Below, piece by piece: positions 1 through 5,984 of a DNA stretch of 7,812 bases. Position 1 is the stretch's first letter; each line of letters starts with the position of its first letter. The stretch lies in IMG/VR virus record IMGVR_UViG_2711768009_000002; one strand, 5' to 3'. The notes beneath the pieces are model-generated. The model saw only the letters and a program-made list of their open reading frames with translations, had not been told where the DNA came from and searched no databases. The DNA comes from a virus (taxonomy: Duplodnaviria > Heunggongvirae > Uroviricota > Caudoviricetes). The position numbers and the translations under genes are program-made.

Positions 1-108
1 CTCCAATGACTAGTCTAAAAACTAGTATTAAGACTATCACTTATTTAAGTGATACTGGTTGTCTGGAGATTCAGGGGGCCAGTCTAGTAAGGCTGCGAGA
101 GGTGAATA

Positions 109-480
109 ATGTCGCCATCATTACGCAAGGCTGTTGCAGTTGCTATTGGTGGCGGGGCTGTTGCTATAGCATCTGTGTTAATCACTGGCCCAGGTGGTAA
201 CGATGGTCTGGAAGGTGTCAGCTACATACTATACAAAGATATCATTGGTGTATGGACTGTATGTCACGGACACACCGGAAAAGACATCATGCCTGGTAAA
301 ACGTATACCGAAGCAGAATGCAAAGCTCTCCTGAATAAAGACCTTGCCACTGTCGCCAGACAAATTAACCCGTACATCAAAGTCGATATACCGGAAACAA
401 CGCGCGGCGCTCTTTACTCGTTCGTTTACAACGTGGGCGCTGGCAATTTCAGAACATCGACGCTTCTTCGCAAAATAAAC
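109..480 (+). CDS. SAR (signal-anchor-release) endolysin, T4-lysozyme-like phage lysozyme; 3' end lost in the N-run
   Basis: ATG at 109 with GAGAGGTG RBS at 97-104. Translation [51 protein letters not shown]... has a Gly/Ala-rich weakly hydrophobic N-terminal SAR segment followed by a lysozyme core with E-x8-D-x5-T spacing ([17 protein letters not shown]). From memory it is near-identical to phage 21 R and E. coli prophage SAR lysozymes. The ORF runs into Ns at 481, so the true end is unseen (about 165 aa expected). Confidence 0.88.
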
Positions 481-784
481 CNNNNNNNNNNNNNNNNNNN
501 NNNNNNNNNNNNNNNNNNNNNNNNNNNNNNNNNNNNNNNNNNNNNNNNNNNNNNNNNNNNNNNNNNNNNNNNNNNNNNNNNNNNNNNNNNNNNNNNNNNN
601 NNNNNNNNNNNNNNNNNNNNNNNNNNNNNNNNNNNNNNNNNNNNNNNNNNNNNNNNNNNNNNNNNNNNNNNNNNNNNNNNNNNNNNNNNNNNNNNNNNNN
701 NNNNNNNNNNNNNNNNNNNNNNNNNNNNNNNNNNNNNNNNNNNNNNNNNNNNNNNNNNNNNNNNNNNNNNNNNNNNNNNNNNNN
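481..784. other. Run of 304 N (assembly gap or masked sequence)
   Basis: Directly visible as n characters. It hides the endolysin 3' end and the 5' ends of Rz and Rz1; its true length is unknown. Confidence 0.97.
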
Positions 785-967
785 AAATGCCCTGTGCCAT
801 CCTCAGCCGAAACCTCCAGCGCCTCCGGCATGGGCAATGATGCCACCGTCGAACTCTCTCCAGTTGCTGGACGAAACGTTCTCGGTATCCGGGACGGAAT
901 CATCAGCGACCAGACAGCATTGAGAATGCTTCAGGAGTACATCAGGATCCAATGCCTTGGGGGGTAG
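785..967 (+). CDS. Rz: i-spanin Rz, C-terminal fragment (5' end in gap)
   Basis: Frame open from the gap edge to TAG 965-967. Translation ...GIISDQTALRMLQEYIRIQCLGG has a Cys near the C-terminus, as recalled for lambda Rz. It sits directly downstream of the endolysin and contains an embedded +1-frame ORF, which is the classic Rz/Rz1 architecture. Confidence 0.6.
   Translation, partial: KCPVPSSAETSSASGMGNDATVELSPVAGRNVLGIRDGIISDQTALRMLQEYIRIQCLGG
786..923 (+). CDS. Rz1: o-spanin Rz1 lipoprotein, C-terminal fragment, embedded in the +1 frame of Rz
   Basis: +1 frame relative to Rz, open from the gap edge to TGA 921-923. Translation ...HPQPKPPAPPAWAMMPPSNSLQLLDE... is proline-rich and resembles the PPPPPAW core of lambda Rz1 (recalled, not searched). 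Confidence 0.6.
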   Translation, partial: NALCHPQPKPPAPPAWAMMPPSNSLQLLDETFSVSGTESSATRQH

Positions 968-1055
968 CGGTAATTTTACTCATTATCCTTCAAATCAGAT
1001 TCTGTTGTCAGAGGAATGGGGGAAGCTGGATTCGCAAGAGCTTTTTATGGGCAGT

Positions 1056-1565
1056 TTAGCTAAAAAAAGGCAACACGAAGCTAAAACTACCAACATAAAG
1101 TGCTGACCAGCTAGCAGCTGAAATCAGACTCACTGTATACACTTTCACTGGATGAAGTTGCAACATTCCTGCCACCAAAGGAGCAATATAACGCAGCACG
1201 GCGATAAAGCGCGAAGTGAAAAGTATTGACACAGAGTTATTTTGCAACTGAAGGCGAACCCGTTCTATTGTATTGGAACGGCTTGATATTATACATGCAA
1301 GTTGAGGGATATGCCCAATTATTATACCAAGATGGTAATTAACGATAGTACCGCACCATGCGCCACTCATGACCGTGATTCCAGCTTCCCATGGTGAAAG
1401 AGTCGTCTTGCTGACTGTAATTACAGTGGCCATCATAATTGATGCTGGTGGCAATATCGCCGAAATGAGTAAAGTGGATTTTGTGAACGCTATTATAAAA
1501 AGAAGCCCCCATAGGCGATATGGATGAAGTACAAAATAGTTCATCAAAGCATTTATCCACTCCAT
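1056..1565 (-). CDS. Small multi-pass inner-membrane protein, DedA/VTT-domain family (YqaA-like); prophage moron
   Basis: Minus-strand ORF with stop TAA (revcomp of 1056-1058) and ATG at 1565-1563 (the ORF track starts it 1 codon earlier at TTG 1568). A GAAGGAAAG RBS lies 8 nt upstream (revcomp of about 1570-1578). The protein is very hydrophobic (4-5 predicted TM helices) and contains FTSRFIAVLRYIAPLVAGM, matching the DedA-family RF[IL]xx[IV]R..xP.VAG motif, plus an upstream STLLISAILPPAS segment recalling the YqaA ATLLPGNSE region. The gene is visibly AT-richer than the flanking phage genes. Confidence 0.5.
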   Translation of the reverse strand: MEWINALMNYFVLHPYRLWGLLFIIAFTKSTLLISAILPPASIMMATVITVSKTTLSPWEAGITVMSGAWCGTIVNYHLGIIIGHIPQLACIISSRSNTIERVRLQLQNNSVSILFTSRFIAVLRYIAPLVAGMLQLHPVKVYTVSLISAASWSALYVGSFSFVLPFFS

Positions 1566-1762
1566 CAATGTCTTTCCTTCTGTGAATTTTTCTTTGCTAT
1601 TTAACCGTGATACGACTTAATTTAGGCTTAAACACCTTACATTTACAAGGTACTCCTGTGGGGGGCCCTGCCACGGAGCGTCGCAGGAGTGAGTGATGAG
1701 GAAGAATTAAAGCAACCTATTGTGACAGGCAGCGATAACAGTAAATCACAGGAAGCATAATC

Positions 1763-2527
1763 ATGGCAAAACCGGACTGGGAGGCCATCGAATCGGCATA
1801 CCGGGCCGGAGTCCTTAGCCTCCGTGATATAGGCGAGAAATACGGCGTTACAGAAGGGGCTATCAGGAAGAGGGCCAAAAAGCTTGGTTGGGCACGCAGT
1901 GGCGGTACGCAGGTTTGCAAAAATGGTACGCAAAAAAGGAAAGTGCGTACCAGCAGAAAGCCTGCCATTACTGGCCTTACACAAAAAAGTACGCAACTAA
2001 AAACAGAATCTACACCGGATACGAAACCGATACGCGGAATGCGTACCGATCCCCCGACTAACCCATTCCAACCCGGTAACCAGCAGGCATTAAAACACGG
2101 TGGTTATGCCCGTCGCCTTCTGCTCAAAGATGAGGTGATAGAGGACGCTAAAGCGTTGACGCTCGAGGACGAATTATTTCGCCTTCGTGCTAACAACCTT
2201 GTCGCTGCAGAGAATATTGGTCGGTGGTTGGTGTCGCTGGAAGATGCTAATGGGGACCAGGAAAGGAAGATGCTGATTGAAAATATCAGCGCCGCCGAGA
2301 AAGCAATGATGCGCAATACAGTTCGTATTGAGTCCATCGTTGGCACGCTTGCGACGGTAGGAAAAATATTTGCTGATACAGCCTACCGCAAGGCCGCCAC
2401 TGATAAGGTGTCTCTGGAGGCTGATCGTCTTCGCCGTGATGCAGGTATTGATGATGGCAATGGAGAGCGTGACCTCAATGACTTCTACTCTGACATCCAA
2501 ACCGACGCTGAATCCGGCTTTACGTAG
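1763..2527 (+). CDS. Terminase small subunit (N-terminal HTH DNA-binding domain)
   Basis: ATG 1763 with AGGAAG RBS at 1749-1754; stop TAG 2525-2527. The N-terminus DWEAIESAYRAGVLSLRDIGEKYGVTEGAIRKRAKKLGW is a typical terminase-small-subunit HTH, followed by a basic linker and a coiled-coil-like C-terminal region. It lies immediately upstream of, and overlaps, the terminase large subunit gene. Confidence 0.6.
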   Translation: MAKPDWEAIESAYRAGVLSLRDIGEKYGVTEGAIRKRAKKLGWARSGGTQVCKNGTQKRKVRTSRKPAITGLTQKSTQLKTESTPDTKPIRGMRTDPPTNPFQPGNQQALKHGGYARRLLLKDEVIEDAKALTLEDELFRLRANNLVAAENIGRWLVSLEDANGDQERKMLIENISAAEKAMMRNTVRIESIVGTLATVGKIFADTAYRKAATDKVSLEADRLRRDAGIDDGNGERDLNDFYSDIQTDAESGFT

Positions 2528-3881
2528 TTTCTGGACTATGCGGGCACGTAACAAAGTGCTTTATGGTGGTCGGTCATCGTCAAAATCATGGGATGCCGCT
2601 GGCATTGCCATATTTCTGTCGAATAAATACACCCTGCGTTTTTGTTGTGCCCGTCAGATCCAGAATAAAATCGAAGAGTCGGTGTATACCCTGCTCAAAA
2701 TTCAGATAGACAGGTTTGGTCTGCGGCACCGTTTCCGTATTCTGAACAACAAAATCATTAACCGGGTTACTGGCTCGGAATTTGTTTTTTATGGATTATG
2801 GCGCAACATCGAAGAAATTAAGTCACTGGAGGGGATCGATGTGTTGTGGCTGGAAGAAGCCCACGCACTGACGGAATACCAGTGGAAAATTCTGGAGCCA
2901 ACGATCCGTAAAGAGGGTTCGGAATGCTGGTTCATATTCAACCCCGGACTTGTTACTGATTTCGTCTGGCGCAACTTCGTTGTTGATCCGCCCGAAGGCA
3001 CTCTCATCCGCAAAATTAACTATGACGAAAATCCGTTTCTGTCTGACACCATGCTTAAGGTTATCGACGCGGCGCGACGCCGTGATCCGGATGGTTTTAA
3101 ACATGTGTATGAGGGCGTTCCGGAGTCTGATGATGATGCGGCAATCATCAAACTGTCTTGGATAGAAGCCGCAGTGGATGCGCACAAAACGTTAAATTTC
3201 GAACCCAGTGGAAGAAAGCGTATTGGCTTTGACGTGGCTGACAGTGGTACAGATAAGTGCGCTAACGTTTACCGTCACGGATCCGTTGTTTTCTGGGCCG
3301 ACGAATGGAAGGCCAAAGAAGATGAATTACTGAAGAGCTGCCAGCGTACTTATCAGGCGGCGCTGGAGCGTGAAGCAGATATTGTTTACGACTCTATCGG
3401 TGTTGGTGCGTCTGCCGGTGCTAAATTCTCTGAAATTAACGCTGACCGGAAGAGCGAGAACGCATACGCGCGACGTGTGAATTACCAGAGGTTTAACGCC
3501 GGTGCTGGTGTGCATGAGCCAGATGACGAGTACAACGGCATCCCCAACAAAGACTTTTTCGCAAATCTTAAGGCTCAGGCATGGTGGCTGGTGGCTGACC
3601 GTTTCAGAAATACGTTTAACGCCATTAACAACGGAGAACAGTATCCTGTGGATGAGCTGATCAGCATAGATTCTCGTTGTCCGTTGCTTGAAAAGCTGAA
3701 ACTGGAACTGACAACACCTCATCGTGATTTCGACCGTAACGGACGTGTGATGGTCGAAAGTAAAAAAGACCTCGCAAAACGCGAGATACCGTCACCAAAC
3801 GTTGCTGATGCATTCATTATGGCCTTCGCGCCAATCGATACATCGCTGGATATCTGGGAACAGCTGGGGAGACAGGCCTGA
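2478..3881 (+). CDS. Terminase large subunit, PBSX/Terminase_3-like (ATPase plus nuclease)
   Basis: Long ORF in frame 0 ending TGA 3879-3881. P-loop-like YGGRSSSKS and Walker B-like IDVLWLEEAH are present, with an N-terminal LNPALRSFW...ARNKVLYGG region typical of this family as I recall it. The start is uncertain: ATG 2478 is chosen (GGAG at 2462-2465), with alternatives 2451, 2460 and 2538. The ORF-track start at 2370 would overlap terS by 158 nt and is not favoured. Confidence 0.85.
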   Translation: MTSTLTSKPTLNPALRSFWTMRARNKVLYGGRSSSKSWDAAGIAIFLSNKYTLRFCCARQIQNKIEESVYTLLKIQIDRFGLRHRFRILNNKIINRVTGSEFVFYGLWRNIEEIKSLEGIDVLWLEEAHALTEYQWKILEPTIRKEGSECWFIFNPGLVTDFVWRNFVVDPPEGTLIRKINYDENPFLSDTMLKVIDAARRRDPDGFKHVYEGVPESDDDAAIIKLSWIEAAVDAHKTLNFEPSGRKRIGFDVADSGTDKCANVYRHGSVVFWADEWKAKEDELLKSCQRTYQAALEREADIVYDSIGVGASAGAKFSEINADRKSENAYARRVNYQRFNAGAGVHEPDDEYNGIPNKDFFANLKAQAWWLVADRFRNTFNAINNGEQYPVDELISIDSRCPLLEKLKLELTTPHRDFDRNGRVMVESKKDLAKREIPSPNVADAFIMAFAPIDTSLDIWEQLGRQA

Positions 3882-5347
3882 TGGCACGAAACAAACAAGC
3901 CCTGCGGCGAACTGTGCAGGCCACAGCTGATGGTTATGAGAATTTTATTGCCCGCGTAGGGATGCAGACACCTAACCAGCACTCAGCATCCACCTACCGG
4001 GCTAATTTCACCAGTCGTAACCGCATGCTGGTGGAATGGTCCTATCGTTCATCCTAGATCATCGGCGAAGCAGTCGATGCTATCCCGGATGATATGACCC
4101 GCAAAGGCATTCGCATCACTTCGGAAATTGATGCAAAAGATCGTGGCATTCTCGAATCACAACTGGATGAGTTGCAAATCTGGGATGCGCTGAATGACGT
4201 GCTGAAATGGTCGCGCCTCTACGGCGGCGCGGTGGGTTTCATCATGATTGAGGGGTAGGCACCAATGACCCCGCTGCGACCCGAAACCATCGGTAAGGGC
4301 AAGTTTAAGGGGATTCTCCCGCTCGACCGCTGGATGGTCGACCCGGCACTGACCCGCCGCATTAAAGATATGGGGCCGGACCTGGGTAAACCTGAGTTTT
4401 ACGATGTGGTGACCACAGCAACGGGAATTCCTGCCTGGCGCATTCATCACAGTCGCCTGATTCGCTTTGATGGCGTCACGTTGCCATTTCAGCAGAAGAT
4501 GACCGAGAACGAATGGGGAATGTCGGTTGTAGAGCGTATCTGGGATCGTCTTACCGCGTTCGACAGCGCTACTGTCGGCGCGGCGCAGCTGGTCTACAAG
4601 GCGCATTTGCGTACCTACAGCGTGGAGAAGCTACGCGAGCTTATCGCACTTGGTGGTCCTGCGTATGAAGCGTTGCTGAAGAATATCGACCTGATTCGAC
4701 AGTTCCAGAGTAATGAAGGCATGACGCTCATGGACTCGCGGGATAAGTTTGAAACCCATCAGTACAGCTTCAGTGGTCTGGATGACATCCTTTCGCAGTT
4801 TGTAGAACAGATTAGTGGCGCTGTTGGTATCCCACTGGTGCGGTTGTTCGGACAGTCCCCGAAAGGATTTTCTACCGGTGATGCAGACCTTGCCAACTAT
4901 TACGATCGCATCAGTTCGTTGCAGGAGAGGCGTTTACGTCTTCCGGTGCGGCGGATACTGGACATCATGCATCGTTCGGAACTTGGCAAGCCGCTGCCGG
5001 ACGATTTCACGTTTGAGTTTAACCCGCTCTGGCAAATGTCTGATGTCGATCGCTCAACGGTGGCGTTAAACACCACCAACGCAATCAGTACGGCGCTGGG
5101 TGATGGTCTGATGACACTGAAAGCCGCTATGACTGATTTGCGAGAAAATTCTGACGTAACCGGCATCGGGGCATCCATTACCGACGAGGACATCGAGAAT
5201 GCCGAAGATGAAGCGCCGCCCGGCATCGGCGAACCTGATGACGAACCGCAGGAGCCGTCAGGCGGAAATCCGGTATCGAACCAGCCTACGCAGGATAGCG
5301 AGGGCGGTCGGAGACATCGTAAATGGTCGCTACGATGGTTCAAATGA
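3881..5347 (+). pseudogene. Portal protein gene interrupted by two in-frame TAG (amber) codons at 4055-4057 and 4256-4258
   Basis: ATG 3881 overlaps the terL stop (cTGATGg). A single reading frame runs 3881-5347 as 58 codons, TAG, 66 codons, TAG, 362 codons, then TGA 5345-5347, giving 488 codon positions, a normal portal size. The position between terL and the MuF-like gene is the canonical portal slot. Translation verified by hand: ...LVEWSYRSS*IIGEAVDAIPDDMTRKG...GFIMIEG*APMTPLRPETIGKGKF... Confidence 0.7.
4265..5347 (+). CDS. Portal protein, largest uninterrupted segment (360 codons from the first ATG after the second TAG); what an ORF caller would report
   Basis: ORF-track entry 4265..5347 in the same frame as 3881. 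There is no convincing RBS before ATG 4265 (upstream is ...attgaggggtaggcaccaATG), so I regard it as the distal part of the interrupted portal gene rather than an independent start. Confidence 0.45.
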   Translation: MTPLRPETIGKGKFKGILPLDRWMVDPALTRRIKDMGPDLGKPEFYDVVTTATGIPAWRIHHSRLIRFDGVTLPFQQKMTENEWGMSVVERIWDRLTAFDSATVGAAQLVYKAHLRTYSVEKLRELIALGGPAYEALLKNIDLIRQFQSNEGMTLMDSRDKFETHQYSFSGLDDILSQFVEQISGAVGIPLVRLFGQSPKGFSTGDADLANYYDRISSLQERRLRLPVRRILDIMHRSELGKPLPDDFTFEFNPLWQMSDVDRSTVALNTTNAISTALGDGLMTLKAAMTDLRENSDVTGIGASITDEDIENAEDEAPPGIGEPDDEPQEPSGGNPVSNQPTQDSEGGRRHRKWSLRWFK

Positions 5348-5981
5348 CAGTATCACGGAAATTATTGCGGCGCTGGAGCGTTACAGTGAAATCATCACCC
5401 CCTGGGCGACAAAGGTCGCGGAAAACTTTACTGCGGACCTAACCCGGCAGAACGAGAAAGTTTGGCGGCAACACAGCAAGAACATCAGTCGCGAGCTCCG
5501 CAATCTTGTGGAAAGCGCTCCTGTGGGCCAGGTGATGCAATCCATCATCGCCGAACAGGTCAAGTACATCAAATCTCTGCCTCTCGAGGCCGCAGACAGG
5601 GTGTACGACATCCAGAACAAAGCGATAGAGGCTGTTGTCACCGGTGGTCGGGCGGAGCAGTTTGCTAAAGAGATTGCATCTACCGGCGATGTTGCTAAGT
5701 CTAGGGCCGATCTGATTGCCCGAACGGAACTGGGAAGAGCAACGGGCGCGCTGGATATGGCCCGAGCGATAGCTATTGGCTCGGATGGTTATATTTGGCG
5801 TACAGCCGATGATGGCGATGTCCGAGATTCCCACGATCACATGAAAGGTAAATTCGTCCGCTGGGATTCACCTCCAACTTTGGACGGCATGACCGGCCAC
5901 GCGGGCGAGCTGCCAAACTGCCGCTGCTATAAAGAGATCGTGTTTGTTCGCGTTCCATTCGCAATGAAAAGGGCAGCATAA
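5199..5981 (+). CDS. Head morphogenesis protein, SPP1 gp7 / phage Mu F family
   Basis: The C-terminal half has the family hallmarks LIARTELGRA, DDGDVRDSHDHMKG and ELPNCRCY (ARTE, D-x-R-x-S/R-H, NCRC). Stop TAA 5979-5981. Start ATG 5199 has a GAGGA RBS at 5186-5190; alternatives are 5208 and 5238. No in-frame GTG/TTG start exists nearer the portal stop, so the 5' end overlaps the portal 3' end by at least 110 nt. Confidence 0.8.
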   Translation: MPKMKRRPASANLMTNRRSRQAEIRYRTSLRRIARAVGDIVNGRYDGSNDSITEIIAALERYSEIITPWATKVAENFTADLTRQNEKVWRQHSKNISRELRNLVESAPVGQVMQSIIAEQVKYIKSLPLEAADRVYDIQNKAIEAVVTGGRAEQFAKEIASTGDVAKSRADLIARTELGRATGALDMARAIAIGSDGYIWRTADDGDVRDSHDHMKGKFVRWDSPPTLDGMTGHAGELPNCRCYKEIVFVRVPFAMKRAA

Positions 5982-5984
5982 CCC

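Noticed and set aside
6-200. 64-aa + strand ORF (MTSLKTSIKT...) overlapping the endolysin start
   Set aside because: It is out of frame with and overlaps the well-supported endolysin gene, has no RBS, and its Cys/Trp-rich sequence is not protein-like. It is not a holin (no TM segments).
229-903. Minus-strand ORFs 229..903 and 426..800 spanning the N-run
   Set aside because: They are open only because N codons are translated as X, and they run antisense to the endolysin and Rz genes.
968-1055. Possible bidirectional intrinsic terminator between the convergent Rz and DedA-like genes
   Set aside because: Only short stems (CAGA-T-TCTG; a CTTTTT run without a convincing GC-rich stem) were found. 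Nothing is strong enough to call by eye.
1339-1560. 73-aa minus-strand ORF nested inside the DedA-like gene in another frame
   Set aside because: Alternative frame of a real gene with no independent signals.
1643-1996. Minus-strand ORFs 1643..1996 and 1717..1968
   Set aside because: Antisense to the terS 5' end and intergenic region; no RBS; composition not protein-like.
2370-2477. ORF-track start of terL at 2370
   Set aside because: It would overlap terS by 158 nt and adds a hydrophobic N-terminal extension not expected for large terminases. ATG 2478 (or 2451/2460) is preferred; the exact start remains uncertain.
2104-2554. Minus-strand ORFs 2104..2346 and 2174..2554
   Set aside because: Antisense to terS/terL coding sequence; shadow ORFs.
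2538-2600. Deviant P-loop GGRSSSKS in terL as a sign of inactivation
   Set aside because: Large terminases commonly carry deviant Walker A motifs, and I cannot verify the family consensus without an alignment. Not counted as evidence of gene decay.
4157-4606. 149-aa minus-strand ORF antisense to the portal gene, spanning the second TAG
   Set aside because: The R/H/C/W-rich sequence is not protein-like and lies antisense to a conserved structural gene. It does not explain the amber codon.
4815-5840. Assorted small ORFs on both strands (4815..5069 +, 4900..5343 -, 5381..5641 -, 5439..5840 -, 5462..5668 +)
   Set aside because: All lie within the portal or MuF coding regions in other frames or antisense, with low-complexity or Arg/Cys-rich translations.
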